The notes under the pieces are model-generated. The model searched no databases. It was not told where the DNA came from and was given only the letters and a program-made list of their open reading frames with translations. Below, piece by piece: positions 17,324 to 27,620 of a stretch of DNA of 64,000 bases. The position numbers were made by a program, and so were the translations under genes. Within the stretch, counting starts at the first letter, position 1. Each line of letters begins with the position of its first letter. Origin of the DNA: Thermoplasmata archaeon (GTDB lineage: Archaea > Thermoplasmatota > Thermoplasmata > Lutacidiplasmatales > UBA184); assembly GCA_022750375.1 (NCBI GenBank), contig JAKIVU010000001.1, forward strand, positions 30,695 to 94,694. Reading direction: 5' to 3'.

Positions 17324-18325
17324 ATGGCTCGTCGGCATAAACCAAGGCGAGGATCTCTCGCCTTTTCTCCGCGTAAGCGCTCCGTGCGCCCGGTTCCCCG
17401 AATCCGTTCGTGGCCAGCCGGCCCTTCCAAACCGACGATCGAAGGATTCGCCGGCTACAAGGTCGGGATGACGCACGCGTTCATCGTGGATTACCGAAAG
17501 CGGTCGACCACCGCGGGGCAGGAAGTGTCGATCCCCGTGACCGTAGTGGAAGTTCCCCCGATCCGGATCGTCGGCGCACGCGTCTACACCCGGAGTCCCT
17601 ACGGCTCACGAGTGACCGGTGAGGTGTGGGGTGCCGGGGCGGCCGAAGAGCTGTCGCGTAGGATCCCTACCCATCCCGCGAGTTCCGCGGACGCCGTCGC
17701 GGCGTTCTCCCACCTGGCCGGGGACGAGATCCGACTCCTGGTCCACACCCAACCGCAGTTGATCACCGGTACCCCCTCGAAGACGCCGCAGATCTTCGAG
17801 GTCCGTGTATCGGGAGACAAGTTCGACGAGCGCCGCGATTTCGCGGTGCAGCAGCTCGGTCAGGAGATCACGGTCGACCAGCTGACCAAGGAGGGCGAAT
17901 TCCTCGACGTGCTCGGCGTGACGAAGGGATTCGGCTTCCAGGGCCATATCCAACGCTGGGGCGTCAAGCTTCAACCGCGAAAGAACTCGAAGCACCGCCG
18001 GATGATCGGTACCCTCGGCCCGCACAATCCCAGCTTCGTTACCTACCGGGTGCCCCAGGCGGGCCAGCAGGGCTACCATCGCCGTACCCAATTCAACATG
18101 CGGGTCCTCAAGGTCGTGCGCGACCCTCGGTCCGACCCGGTGACTCCCGCGGGCGGGTTCCTGCACTATGGCGAGGTGCGGAGTGCCTGCATCATCCTCC
18201 ATGGGTCTCTTCCGGGACCCGCGAAGCGCCTCCTTCGATTCCGCACGCCGATGCGAAGTCGGGTCGCCACCGTCGAAAAGGTCGACCTGCGGTACTTCAG
18301 CAGCCGTTCGAAGCAGGGCGTATGA
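17324..18325 (+). CDS. rpl3: 50S ribosomal protein L3
   Basis: PRRGSLAFSPRKR, GYKVGMTH, GQQGYHRRT. Confidence 0.97.
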   Translation: MARRHKPRRGSLAFSPRKRSVRPVPRIRSWPAGPSKPTIEGFAGYKVGMTHAFIVDYRKRSTTAGQEVSIPVTVVEVPPIRIVGARVYTRSPYGSRVTGEVWGAGAAEELSRRIPTHPASSADAVAAFSHLAGDEIRLLVHTQPQLITGTPSKTPQIFEVRVSGDKFDERRDFAVQQLGQEITVDQLTKEGEFLDVLGVTKGFGFQGHIQRWGVKLQPRKNSKHRRMIGTLGPHNPSFVTYRVPQAGQQGYHRRTQFNMRVLKVVRDPRSDPVTPAGGFLHYGEVRSACIILHGSLPGPAKRLLRFRTPMRSRVATVEKVDLRYFSSRSKQGV

Positions 18326-19155
18326 CGACGCCCGACTCGCCGGCCATCGCCCCGTCGCCGGTCGAGCATTCGACCCCGCACCATCGGGTCCATCTCGTCG
18401 GCGTGGACGGTAAACCCGGAGCGACCCTCTCCCTCCCGCTCGCGTTCTCCAGCCCGTTCCGGCCGGACCTGATCCATCGTGCGGTCGTCGCGGCGCAGAG
18501 TCACCGGATCCAACCGCACGGAACGAAACTTACCGCCGGCGCTCGGCACTCGGTCCAGTGGTCAGGAAAGGGCAAGGGGATCTCCCGAAGCCCTCGATTG
18601 ATGGACTCGAACCGCGGCGCTCAGGCGAACAATACCGTCGGCGGACGCCCGGCGCACCCTCCGAAAGTCGAGCGGATCTGGGCGAAGAAGATCAACCGGA
18701 AAGAGCGCCAGCTGGCGTTCGCTTCTGCGCTCGGGGCGACCCGCGAGACGAAGCTCGCCACCGCGCGCGGACACACGGTCCCCTTGGGCCTCCATCTCCC
18801 GGTCGTCATGGAAGACCCGGTCGAAGAGATCCACACCTCGGCGGACGCGCGCACTCTCCTCCAACGGCTGAAACTCTGGGCCGACGTCACCCGCGCCCAG
18901 GACGGGACCCACATCCGCGCGGGCCGCGGAAAGCGACGAGGCCGGGTCCGACGAACGCCCCGCAGCCTCTTGATCGTCACGAGCGCTCCAGGCAAGGCGC
19001 GGGGATTCCGGAACCTTTCCGGTGTCGAAGTCGTTCCCGTGCTCCGCCTCGCGACCGAAGACCTCGCGCCGGGCGGCACCGCGGGGCGTTTGACGTTGTT
19101 CTCTCACGCAGCGGTCGAGTCGTTGCGCGCGCGGCTGGGGGAGGTCGCTCCGTGA
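18322..19155 (+). CDS. rpl4: 50S ribosomal protein L4
   Basis: RPDLIHRAV, GGRPAHPPK, RAGRGKRRGR, LAPGG. Confidence 0.96.
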   Translation: MTTPDSPAIAPSPVEHSTPHHRVHLVGVDGKPGATLSLPLAFSSPFRPDLIHRAVVAAQSHRIQPHGTKLTAGARHSVQWSGKGKGISRSPRLMDSNRGAQANNTVGGRPAHPPKVERIWAKKINRKERQLAFASALGATRETKLATARGHTVPLGLHLPVVMEDPVEEIHTSADARTLLQRLKLWADVTRAQDGTHIRAGRGKRRGRVRRTPRSLLIVTSAPGKARGFRNLSGVEVVPVLRLATEDLAPGGTAGRLTLFSHAAVESLRARLGEVAP

Positions 19156-19415
19156 GCGAGTTCCGCCACCGCGTCGTCCTCCACGCCTACGTCACGGAGA
19201 AGTCGATGGACGAGATGGAGCGCCTCAACAAGCTCGAGTTCGCCGTCGACCGGCGCGCCACCCGCGCCGAGATCAAGCGGGCGGTCGAGGGACTCTACCA
19301 GTGCAAGGTGTCGAAGGTCAACACCAAGATCGTGCGGTCGGGGAAGATCGCGACCATCACGTTCACGAAGGACTTCTCCGCCGAGGATATCGGCAGCCGC
19401 GCCGGGGTGTTCTGA
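19152..19415 (+). CDS. rpl23: 50S ribosomal protein L23
   Basis: VTEKSM...NKLEFAVD...KVNT; GTG 19152. Confidence 0.95.
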   Translation: MSEFRHRVVLHAYVTEKSMDEMERLNKLEFAVDRRATRAEIKRAVEGLYQCKVSKVNTKIVRSGKIATITFTKDFSAEDIGSRAGVF

Positions 19416-20146
19416 TGGGGAAACGCATCATCTCCCGCCGTCGGGGCAGCGGCACCGGCACGTACCGGTCGCCGAGCCACCGCCATCACGGCCCCGTCTA
19501 TCTGCCGCCACCGTCGGTCGTCGGGGAGGGCAAGGTCCTCCGGATCGTCCCGGCCCCCGGACGCACGGCGCCGGTCGCCGACGTCGCCGGACCGGACGGC
19601 AAGGAGCTGCGCGTACTCGCCACCGCCGGTCTCGCGACCGGGGACTCGATCACTTTCCAGGAAGGCCGCGTCGACCGAGGCTCGATCCTTCCGCTCGGCA
19701 AGATCCCGGACGGCACGCTCGTTTCGAACCTCGAGGTCAAGCCGTTCGACGGCGGCCGACTCGTGCGCTCGGCCGGCGCGAGTGCCCTCGTGGTCGCCCA
19801 CACCGAGCGGGACGTGACGATCCAGCTTCCGAGCGGGGCGTTCAAGCAGTTCCTCGCCACCTGCCGCGCCCAGGTCGGAGCGGTCGGCGGCAGCGGTCGC
19901 CGGGAGCGACCGATCATCAAGGCGGGAAAGAAGGTCTGGACGACCCGTTCGCTCGCCCGTGCGGCCTTCAAGGTCCGTGGTGTCGCGATGAACCCCGTCA
20001 ACCACCCGTTCGGTGGCGGCGCGCACCAGCATGTCGGGCGCCCGAGCACCGTCGCGAGCGGCACGTGGCCGGGGGCCAAAGTCGGGCGGTTCTCCCGGTC
20101 GGTGCGCGTGAAGAAGCGTCTCCGCGAGCAGAAGGGAGGTGGCTGA
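19415..20146 (+). CDS. rpl2: 50S ribosomal protein L2
   Basis: MGKRIISRRRG, VRGVAMNPVNHPFGGG. Confidence 0.97.
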   Translation: MGKRIISRRRGSGTGTYRSPSHRHHGPVYLPPPSVVGEGKVLRIVPAPGRTAPVADVAGPDGKELRVLATAGLATGDSITFQEGRVDRGSILPLGKIPDGTLVSNLEVKPFDGGRLVRSAGASALVVAHTERDVTIQLPSGAFKQFLATCRAQVGAVGGSGRRERPIIKAGKKVWTTRSLARAAFKVRGVAMNPVNHPFGGGAHQHVGRPSTVASGTWPGAKVGRFSRSVRVKKRLREQKGGG

Positions 20147-20148
20147 GC

Positions 20149-20574
20149 ATGGCGAAAGCCCGGAAGGCGAAGAAGGTCGAGGCCCGCCGGAAGCGGGAGT
20201 TCTCGTTCCGCGGCCTCTCCCTGCCGCAGCTCCAGGCGATGAGCCTCGAGGAGTTCGCGAAGGTCGCCTCCAGCCGTGCCCGCCGGTCGATCCGGCGGGG
20301 ATTCAACATCGAGACCTCGATCTTCTTCGAGCGGATGCAATCGACCCCCGCGACCAAGGTCGTCCGGACGCACGTCCGCGACGCGCTCGTCCTGCCGGCC
20401 CATGTCGGCCGCCACGTGGCGATCCACAACGGGAAGGAGTTCAAGGAGATCGAGGTGCGACCCGAGATGGTCGGCCATTACTACGGCGAGTTTTCGCTCA
20501 CCCGCCGATTCGAAAAGCACTCGGGACCCGGCGTCGGGGCGACGCGGTCGTCGAAGTTCATGCCGTTGAAGTGA
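20149..20574 (+). CDS. rps19: 30S ribosomal protein S19
   Basis: HNGKEF, MVGHYYGEF, GATRSSKFMPLK. Confidence 0.97.
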   Translation: MAKARKAKKVEARRKREFSFRGLSLPQLQAMSLEEFAKVASSRARRSIRRGFNIETSIFFERMQSTPATKVVRTHVRDALVLPAHVGRHVAIHNGKEFKEIEVRPEMVGHYYGEFSLTRRFEKHSGPGVGATRSSKFMPLK

Positions 20575-20591
20575 GGACGGGCGGTCGAACG

Positions 20592-21050
20592 ATGCGGGGC
20601 TACACGTACCAGGACGAGCCGGGCGTGAGCGTCGGCCGGGCCCGCGGGGTCGAGATCCCGATGTCCCCGAAGAAGACGTACGAGGTGTTGAACGCGATCC
20701 GCGGGCTCCCGCTCGACCGGGCGCGCCGGATCCTCGAGGACGCGGTGGAGCTCAAGAAAGCGATCCCGTTCCGTCGTTACAATCAGGAGACGGCGCACCA
20801 TCGCGGCGTCGGCCCCGGCCGGTTCCCCATCAAGGTCGCAAAGCAGGTCCTGCAGCTCCTCAAGAACGCCGAGGAGAACGCCGAGTACGACAGCCTCGAC
20901 ACCGACCGGCTCTACATCAAGGTCGCCGCCTGCGCGCGCGGCCGGATCCGCAAAGCGTCGATGCCCCGCGCCCAGGGCCGCGCGACGGCGTGGAACGAGC
21001 AGACGACGAACGTGGAGATCATTCTCGCCGAACGGAAGGAGGCGTCGTGA
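20592..21050 (+). CDS. rpl22: 50S ribosomal protein L22
   Basis: SPKKTYEV, GRFPIK, PRAQGRAT. Confidence 0.96.
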   Translation: MRGYTYQDEPGVSVGRARGVEIPMSPKKTYEVLNAIRGLPLDRARRILEDAVELKKAIPFRRYNQETAHHRGVGPGRFPIKVAKQVLQLLKNAEENAEYDSLDTDRLYIKVAACARGRIRKASMPRAQGRATAWNEQTTNVEIILAERKEAS

Positions 21051-21742
21051 GCGCCGAACAGAAGGTCATCCAGGAAGCGATGCGGCGGGTCCTGCTGAAG
21101 GATTACCTCGTCCAGGAGAGCGCCCGCGCCGGGTTCGGTGGGCTCGAGATCACCCGCACCCCGATGGGCACCCGGGTCACCCTCATCTGCGAACGCCCCG
21201 GCATCCTGATCGGGCACCGCGGGGAGCTGATCAAGCGTCTCACCGAGGACATCCAGCATCGTTTCCAACTCGACAATCCCCAGATCGAGGTGCAGGAGGA
21301 GCGCCAGCCGAGCCTCAACGCCCAGCTGATGAGCGAGAAGCTCGCCTCGACGCTCGAGCGCGGATGGCACTTCCGACGCGCCGGCCACTCCACCGTCCGT
21401 CGTATCATGGAGTCGGGAGCCCGGGGGTGTCAGGTCATTCTTTCCGGCAAGCTCACCGGCGAGCGGCACCGGACGGAGCGGTTCAAGGCCGGGACGATCA
21501 AGTACTGCGGGGAAGCGGTCCACCTCTGGATCGGGAAGGGATTCTACCAGGCCCGGTTGAAACCGGGCGTCATCGGGGTCAACGTCTGGATCATGCGCCC
21601 GACGGCGAAGCTGCCCGACGAGATCACGGTGAAGGGGGTAGAGGAGCGACCCAAGACGACCCCGGTCGAGTTGCCTCCGCTGGACGACCCGGCGATCCCT
21701 CTGCCTCCCGTTGAACTTCCCGGCGCCCCGGGGGTCCCGTGA
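21047..21742 (+). CDS. rps3: 30S ribosomal protein S3
   Basis: RPGILIG, LERGWHFRRAG, SGKLTGER. Confidence 0.96.
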   Translation: MSAEQKVIQEAMRRVLLKDYLVQESARAGFGGLEITRTPMGTRVTLICERPGILIGHRGELIKRLTEDIQHRFQLDNPQIEVQEERQPSLNAQLMSEKLASTLERGWHFRRAGHSTVRRIMESGARGCQVILSGKLTGERHRTERFKAGTIKYCGEAVHLWIGKGFYQARLKPGVIGVNVWIMRPTAKLPDEITVKGVEERPKTTPVELPPLDDPAIPLPPVELPGAPGVP

Positions 21743-21969
21743 CGCTGCTCCGCATGAAGGAACTCCGAGAACTCTCGGAGGACGACCTCAAGCGTAAGAT
21801 CTCCGACGCGGAGAACGACCTGCTCCGGGAACGCGGCGTCGCCGCGATGGGCGGCGCGCCGCCGAGCCCCGGTCGGATGCGGGCGCTCCGCACGAACGTC
21901 GCGCGCGCGCTCACGGTGCTCAACGAGCGGTCGCTCGCGATCCGTCCCCGGGAGGCTCGACGTCCGTAG
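21739..21969 (+). CDS. rpl29: 50S ribosomal protein L29
   Basis: ELRELS...PGRMRALRTNVARALTV. Confidence 0.93.
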   Translation: MTLLRMKELRELSEDDLKRKISDAENDLLRERGVAAMGGAPPSPGRMRALRTNVARALTVLNERSLAIRPREARRP

Positions 21970-21988
21970 GGGGCCTCGAGGTGCACCG

Positions 21989-22315
21989 ATGTCGCAGGGG
22001 ACGGGGACCACGGTCGAACTCAGCCGTACGCAGCGCGAAGCGCTCGCCGGCGAGATCCTGGGCGCCTCGGTCGCGATCCCGGCGTCGCCGGGAATTCACT
22101 CCCCCGTCGAAGGCACCCTCATCGACGAGTCCCTCTCCACCTTCCTCCTCCGCGTTCCGGGGCGCACGCGTCCGCTGCGTGTGTCGAAGACCGGCCTCGA
22201 GGGGACGATCGTCCTCGGCGCCGGAGAGTTACCGTTAAGAGGCGATACCCTTCGCGTCCGTCCCGAGGACCGCACGAAGCGGCTCTTGACCGGTGGTCCT
22301 CGGAGGTTCCGATGA
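21989..22315 (+). CDS. rnp1: RNase P protein component 1 (Rpp29)
   Basis: EILG, GTLIDES, RPEDRTK; canonical position before rps17. Confidence 0.85.
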   Translation: MSQGTGTTVELSRTQREALAGEILGASVAIPASPGIHSPVEGTLIDESLSTFLLRVPGRTRPLRVSKTGLEGTIVLGAGELPLRGDTLRVRPEDRTKRLLTGGPRRFR

Positions 22316-22740
22316 CACCGACCCGTACGCCTGCTGCTCGCCGGGCCCGGGATATCGGTCTCGACGTTCGCGCGCCGAAGACGCGGTGCGACGACCGCCA
22401 CTGTCCGTTCCACGGCCGCCTCCCGCTGCGCGGTCAGGTGCTCGAGGGGACCGTCGTCTCCACCTCCATGCAGCGCACCGCCGTGGTCGAGCGGACCCTG
22501 CTTCACTTCGTTCCCAAGTACGAACGGTACGAGAAGCGACGCCGGCGCTACCTCGCCCATGCCCCGGCGTGCCTCAACGTCCCGGTCGGGCACCGGGTCC
22601 GCATCGCCGAGACCCGCCCGCTCTCCAAGCTCGTCTCCTTCTGCATCGTCGAGGACCTCGGCGAAGCGTCGTTCCGCGTCACGAGCGAGGAACCGGTCGT
22701 TCCCGCGAGCACCCCCGAGCCGAAAGAGGAGTCCGCATGA
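22312..22740 (+). CDS. rps17: 30S ribosomal protein S17
   Basis: [23 protein letters not shown]. Confidence 0.96.
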   Translation: MTPTRTPAARRARDIGLDVRAPKTRCDDRHCPFHGRLPLRGQVLEGTVVSTSMQRTAVVERTLLHFVPKYERYEKRRRRYLAHAPACLNVPVGHRVRIAETRPLSKLVSFCIVEDLGEASFRVTSEEPVVPASTPEPKEESA

Positions 22741-23135
22741 AGGGACTCGCCGGACGCCGGGGCCGAAACCTGCCGAAGGGGGCGCGGCTCGACGTCGTCG
22801 ACAATACCGGCGCGAAGATCGTCGAGATCATCGCCGTCATGAACTGGCACGGCACCCACCGCCGCTACCCGCGGGCGGGGATCGCCGACCTCATCGTCGT
22901 CTCCGTCAAGAAGGGGACTCCCGAGATGCGGAAGCAGGTGCTGCACGCGGTCATCGTACGGGCGCGGGCTCCGTTCCGTCGACCCGACGGCACGCGCCTT
23001 CAGTTCGAGGATAACGCCGCCGTCATCACGACCGAGACCGGCGAGATCAAGGGTTCCCAGATCAAGGGGCCGGTGGCAAAGGAGGCCGCCGAGCGCTGGC
23101 CGCGGATCGCGGCCGCCTCGTCGATCATCGTCTAG
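22737..23135 (+). CDS. rpl14: 50S ribosomal protein L14
   Basis: [24 protein letters not shown]. Confidence 0.97.
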   Translation: MKGLAGRRGRNLPKGARLDVVDNTGAKIVEIIAVMNWHGTHRRYPRAGIADLIVVSVKKGTPEMRKQVLHAVIVRARAPFRRPDGTRLQFEDNAAVITTETGEIKGSQIKGPVAKEAAERWPRIAAASSIIV

Positions 23136-23149
23136 GAGGCGCCTCGTCG

Positions 23150-23689
23150 ATGCGGATCTCTCCCCACTCCCCGCGCCGCCAACGCAAGGCGCTCTACACC
23201 GCGGGGCCGTTCCAACGGCGCCGACGGATGACCGTGCCGCTGTCGCGGGACCTGCGGAGCCGCTTCCACGCCCGTTCCGTCCCGATCCGCAAGGGAGACA
23301 CCGTCCGTGTCCTCTCCGGCAGTTTCGTCGGCCGCGAGGAGCGGGTCGCCAAGGTCGACCGACGGGGCTACTCCGTGATCCTGGACAACGTGACGCTGAA
23401 AACCGGTGAGGAGAAGTTGAAGCCCCTCCCGATCCGGACCAGCCACCTCGTCATCACGCGCCTGAACCTTTCCGACCCGTGGCGCCGCCGAGTCCTCAAG
23501 GTCTCCGACGAGGAGGTCACTCCCGAGGAGCGGGGCGTAGTCGCGGAGGAAGAGGAGACGGCCGAACCCGTGTCCGCACCGACGCCCGCACTTCCCCCCG
23601 CCGAAGCGCCCTCGCCTAAACCCAAAGCCAAGCGCGCGTCGAAGGCCGCGCCCAGCGACACGGCTCCACCGCCCGAGGAGGACGCATGA
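23150..23689 (+). CDS. rpl24: 50S ribosomal protein L24 with acidic/Pro-rich tail
   Basis: PRRQRKALY, PIRKGDTVRV. Confidence 0.95.
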   Translation: MRISPHSPRRQRKALYTAGPFQRRRRMTVPLSRDLRSRFHARSVPIRKGDTVRVLSGSFVGREERVAKVDRRGYSVILDNVTLKTGEEKLKPLPIRTSHLVITRLNLSDPWRRRVLKVSDEEVTPEERGVVAEEEETAEPVSAPTPALPPAEAPSPKPKAKRASKAAPSDTAPPPEEDA

Positions 23690-24402
23690 CGTTCCGTCTC
23701 AAGCGCCGCGCCGCTCCGCGGGCGTGGACGATCCCTCGCAAAGGGACGAAATGGGTCAAGCGACCCGGCCCCGGACCCCACGCCCAGGACCAGTCGATCC
23801 CCCTCCTCCTCGTGCTACGTGATATCCGCCACATCGTCGAGAACGCGCGCGAGGCGCGGATCCTCGTCCGGACCGGCGCCGTCCGAGTGGACGGTCAGGT
23901 CGCAAAGGACCTCGACCGGGGGCTCGGCCTGATGGACACGCTCTCGTTCGCTGCCCCGCTCAACGCGCACTTCCGGGTCGTGAAGGACCGGCGGGGCAAA
24001 CTTGTCCTCGTCGCGATCCCCTCGACCGAAGCGACCGTCAAGATCGGCCGCGTTCGATTCAAGCATACGGTCCGGAAGGGCCAGGTGGAGGTCACGCTCC
24101 ACGACGGACGCAACCTCCTCGTGCCCCCGACGAGCGCCTATCGGGTCGGGGATTCGTTGAAGCTCGAGGTTCCGAGCCAGAAGGTCGTCGACCACATCCC
24201 GCTCGCCGCGGGTGCGCTCGCCTACGTCGCGGGAGGTTCGCACGTGGGGGAGCTTGCTCGGGTCGAGCGGGTCGAGGTCCGCAACTCCTCCCAACCGAAC
24301 CTCGTGCATTTCAAGGAAGGATTCTCGACCGTCAAGGAGTACGTCTTCGTGGTCGGCCAGACGTCCCCCGAGGTCACGCTCGCGGAAGGGGTCGACCGAT
24401 GA
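23686..24402 (+). CDS. rps4e: 30S ribosomal protein S4e
   Basis: LKRRAAP, PGPH, LHDGRN, HVGE. Confidence 0.96.
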   Translation: MTFRLKRRAAPRAWTIPRKGTKWVKRPGPGPHAQDQSIPLLLVLRDIRHIVENAREARILVRTGAVRVDGQVAKDLDRGLGLMDTLSFAAPLNAHFRVVKDRRGKLVLVAIPSTEATVKIGRVRFKHTVRKGQVEVTLHDGRNLLVPPTSAYRVGDSLKLEVPSQKVVDHIPLAAGALAYVAGGSHVGELARVERVEVRNSSQPNLVHFKEGFSTVKEYVFVVGQTSPEVTLAEGVDR

Positions 24403-24956
24403 GCACCCCTCCCGGCTCCGTCGTCACCCCCGCCGTTCCGGCGAGCGGGAACCCGCACCGCGCGATCCGCGTCATCAAGATCGTCGTCAACGCCGGCGTC
24501 GGCGAGTCCGGTGAGAACCGGACCAAGGCCGAGAAGGTGCTCAAGATGATCACGAGCCAGAAACCGATCGCGACCCGGGCCCATTCGACCAACCGGGATT
24601 TCGGGATCCGGCAGGGGCAGGAGATCGGGGCGAAGGTCACGCTCCGCGGTGCCGCGGCGGTCGACTTCCTGAATCGTGCCTTCGAGGCCCGGGACCGACA
24701 GCTCGACGTCGATTCGATCGACCGGAACGGCAACTTCTCCTTCGGGATCGCCGATTACACCGATTTCACCGGGATGAAGTACGACCCGCAGATCGGGATT
24801 CACGGGATGGACGTCGCGGTCGAAGTCGGCCGTGCCGGCTACCGGGTCCGCCAGCGCCACTTGCAGTCCCGCCCGATCCCCCGTTCGATCCGCTCCACGG
24901 CGGCGGAGACGCGCGCGTTCCTCGAATCGATGTTCCACGTCACGGTGCTGGAGTGA
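24399..24956 (+). CDS. rpl5: 50S ribosomal protein L5
   Basis: [34 protein letters not shown]. Confidence 0.97.
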   Translation: MSTPPGSVVTPAVPASGNPHRAIRVIKIVVNAGVGESGENRTKAEKVLKMITSQKPIATRAHSTNRDFGIRQGQEIGAKVTLRGAAAVDFLNRAFEARDRQLDVDSIDRNGNFSFGIADYTDFTGMKYDPQIGIHGMDVAVEVGRAGYRVRQRHLQSRPIPRSIRSTAAETRAFLESMFHVTVLE

Positions 24957-24958
24957 GC

Positions 24959-25108
24959 ATGTCGAAACCCAAGAAGCGCTTCGGACGGAAGGAGGGATGC
25001 CTGCGATGCGACCGCAAGCGCGGCATCGTTCGTCGGTACGGACTCCACGTCTGCCGCCAATGCTTCCGCGAGGTCGCGGTCGACCTGGGATTCCGGAAGT
25101 ACCAGTAG
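24959..25108 (+). CDS. rps14: 30S ribosomal protein S14 (49 aa, absent from the ORF track)
   Basis: Manual translation [49 protein letters not shown]. Confidence 0.95.
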   Translation: MSKPKKRFGRKEGCLRCDRKRGIVRRYGLHVCRQCFREVAVDLGFRKYQ

Positions 25109-25120
25109 GAGGGGGCTCGC

Positions 25121-25510
25121 ATGCAACACGATCTACTCAACGACGCCCTCGTCACGCTCCGCCACGCGGACCGCGACGGGAAGCCGAACGTCGAGCTGGC
25201 GCCGACCTCCAAGCTCATCGCGGAGGTCCTCCGGATCTTCCGCGAGCACCACTACATCGAGGAGTTCACCTTCGTTCCGACCGGTCGCGGCGGCAAGTAC
25301 GACGTGCGGCTCGCCCGTCGCATCAACTCGTGCGGCGTGATCAAGCCCCGCCTCGCGGTCCCGCACGACGGGCTCGAGCGGTACGAGGCCCGGTTCCTGC
25401 CGGCGCAAGACTTCGGACTCCTCGTCCTCTCCACCAACCGCGGGGTGCTCTCGCACCAGCAGGCCCGGGAATTGAAGATCGGAGGTCGGCTGCTCGCCTA
25501 TGTCTACTGA
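25121..25510 (+). CDS. rps8: 30S ribosomal protein S8
   Basis: INSCGVIKPR, FLPAQDFG, GGRLLAYVY. Confidence 0.97.
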   Translation: MQHDLLNDALVTLRHADRDGKPNVELAPTSKLIAEVLRIFREHHYIEEFTFVPTGRGGKYDVRLARRINSCGVIKPRLAVPHDGLERYEARFLPAQDFGLLVLSTNRGVLSHQQARELKIGGRLLAYVY

Positions 25511-26063
25511 TCCAGACCGCTCGCGGGAGGTCGTCGAGATCCCCACGGGCATCACCTTCACGGTCTCGCCCGGTCGCCTTGGGGCGAAAGGTCCGCTCGG
25601 CCATGTCGAGCGTCCGTTCCCGTCGGACGTCATTGAGCTCACGGCCAAAGGCGGCAAGGTGACCCTGAAGCTTCGGATCGCGTCGGACCGCAAACGGTCC
25701 CAGTCGCTGCTCAAGACCTGGGCGGCCCACGTCCGAAACCTCGCGCAGGGGCTGACGTTCGGGGTCGAAGCGAAGATGAAGGTCGTCGCGGCGCACTTTC
25801 CGATGAAGGTCTCGGTCCGCGGCGAAGAGCTCGTCATCGAGAACTTCCTGGGCGAGAAGTACCCGCGCACGACGCGCCTCTGGCCGGGCACGAAGGCGGT
25901 CGTCGAGGGGGACATCGTCACCCTCACCGGTCACGACGTGGAGCAGGTCGGTCAGAGCGCCGCGAACATCGAGCGCGTGACCCACATCCGGGACTACGAC
26001 CCCCGCGTCTTCCAGGACGGCATCTATCTCACCGAGCGCGCCCACATGAAAGAGGCGGCGTAA
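25500..26063 (+). CDS. rpl6: 50S ribosomal protein L6
   Basis: HFPM, NFLGEK, DPRVFQDGIY. Confidence 0.97.
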   Translation: MSTDPDRSREVVEIPTGITFTVSPGRLGAKGPLGHVERPFPSDVIELTAKGGKVTLKLRIASDRKRSQSLLKTWAAHVRNLAQGLTFGVEAKMKVVAAHFPMKVSVRGEELVIENFLGEKYPRTTRLWPGTKAVVEGDIVTLTGHDVEQVGQSAANIERVTHIRDYDPRVFQDGIYLTERAHMKEAA

Positions 26064-26626
26064 TGGCGGACGAGCCGACCGAGAGCGCGTCCCCCGCGAC
26101 GCCCTCCCCTCCCGCGAAACGACGCCGCCGGGCGAGCGCCAAGAGCGACACCCCCGAACCGAAGGTCCCGGCGAAGAAGGAGAGCACCGACGAGGTGCGC
26201 GCTCCCCGGCGGGCGACGCTCGCCGTCGATCGACGCCGGCTCCTCACGCTGCGACGGGCGCTGGACAAGAAGCGCCCGATCTTCGGACGCACGGCGGCGA
26301 ACCGGTACTGGCGGATCGGTCGGGACGGCGCCTGGCGTCGCCCGCGGGGCCTGCAGTCGAAGCAACGCCGCCACTACGGCTACCGGAGCCAGATCGTGAG
26401 CATCGGGTACCGCTCCCCGGCGGCCGTTCGGGGCCTGGTGCCCAGTGGGTTCCGTCCGATCATCGTTCACACTCCGAAAGAGATCGAGGGGATCGACCCC
26501 GCCACCGAAGCGGCGATCATCGCGCGGACGGTCGGCACCCGACGGCGACTCACCCTCGAGGAGACCGCCCGCAAGCTCGGCGTCCATATCCTGAACCCAA
26601 TCGTTAAGTCCGAGCGGGAGGCGTAG
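26063..26626 (+). CDS. rpl32e: 50S ribosomal protein L32e with N-terminal extension
   Basis: WRRPRGLQSKQRR, IGYRSP, HILNP. Confidence 0.95.
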   Translation: MADEPTESASPATPSPPAKRRRRASAKSDTPEPKVPAKKESTDEVRAPRRATLAVDRRRLLTLRRALDKKRPIFGRTAANRYWRIGRDGAWRRPRGLQSKQRRHYGYRSQIVSIGYRSPAAVRGLVPSGFRPIIVHTPKEIEGIDPATEAAIIARTVGTRRRLTLEETARKLGVHILNPIVKSEREA

Positions 26627-26631
26627 GAGCG

Positions 26632-27093
26632 ATGCCGGACCTCTCGAATCAGCGGCGCATGGCCGCCGCCCTCCTGAAATGTGGAGAGGGGCGCGTCTGG
26701 ATCGACCCCGCGAGCCAGGAGGAGTTGGCGGACGCGGTCACCCGTAGCGACGTGCGAAGCGCGATCAAGGCGGGGGTCATCCGCCGGAAGCGGATCCCCG
26801 GTACTTCTCGCGTACGGGCGCGACTGCACGCCCTCGAGGTCAAGAAGGGACGTCATTCGGGTCCCGGCTCGCGGCGCGGCACCCCGCGCGCGCGCCTACC
26901 GAAGAAGGACCGCTGGATGCGCCGCATCCGCGCCCAACGCGACCTGCTGCAGGAACTTCGCGACTCGAAGAAGATTCCCTCCGGAGTCTACCGCCAATTC
27001 TACCGCCGCGCGAAGGGCGGCATGTTCCGCAGTCGCGCTCACCTCGTCGTCAACCTTCGCCTCGCGGGCCACCTGAAGGAGGAGGGCGCATGA
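26632..27093 (+). CDS. rpl19e: 50S ribosomal protein L19e
   Basis: QRRMAA, RVWIDP, YRRAKGGMF. Confidence 0.96.
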   Translation: MPDLSNQRRMAAALLKCGEGRVWIDPASQEELADAVTRSDVRSAIKAGVIRRKRIPGTSRVRARLHALEVKKGRHSGPGSRRGTPRARLPKKDRWMRRIRAQRDLLQELRDSKKIPSGVYRQFYRRAKGGMFRSRAHLVVNLRLAGHLKEEGA

Positions 27094-27620
27094 GCACCGG
27101 ACCGAACTACCGTGTACCGTTCCGGCGCCGACGTGAGGGCAAGACCGATTACCGGGTCCGCCTGCGTCTGTTGAAATCCGGCGAACCGCGAGCGGTCGTT
27201 CGCCTCACCGACCGCCGGGTCCGCGTCGCGCTCGTCACCTATGATCCGACGGGCGACCGCGTCCTCGCCGCCGCCGACAGCCGAGAGCTGGGCGGCGTGG
27301 AGTTTCCCGCGGGCAGCCTCGCTTCGACCCCGGCCGCCTACCTTACAGCGTATCTCGCCGGCCTGCGCGCGAAGGCGAACGGCGCGGAGTCGGCCGTGCT
27401 CGACGCGGGCCTGCGCCATCCGACCCACGGCGGGCGATTGTCGGCCGCGCTCAAGGGTCTGCTCGACGCCGGGATCGAGATCCCCCACGGCGAGGGCGGG
27501 TTCCCCACCTCCGACCGATTGAACGGGGCCCATCTCGGCAAACCGCTCCCCTCCCCGATCGAGGCGTACAAGCTCAAGCTGCCCAGCATCCTCCAACGCG
27601 CTCCGGAGGCGGCCGCATGA
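27090..27620 (+). CDS. rpl18: 50S ribosomal protein L18
   Basis: GPNYRVPFRRRREGKTDY, AAYLT. Confidence 0.96.
   Translation: MSTGPNYRVPFRRRREGKTDYRVRLRLLKSGEPRAVVRLTDRRVRVALVTYDPTGDRVLAAADSRELGGVEFPAGSLASTPAAYLTAYLAGLRAKANGAESAVLDAGLRHPTHGGRLSAALKGLLDAGIEIPHGEGGFPTSDRLNGAHLGKPLPSPIEAYKLKLPSILQRAPEAAA

Noticed and set aside
14535-17471. 978-aa ORF and other long Arg/Gly/Pro-rich ORFs (e.g. 34326-36809, 37448-39832, 56258-58129)
   Set aside because: Alternative-frame or antisense shadows of recognisable genes, expected in high-GC DNA
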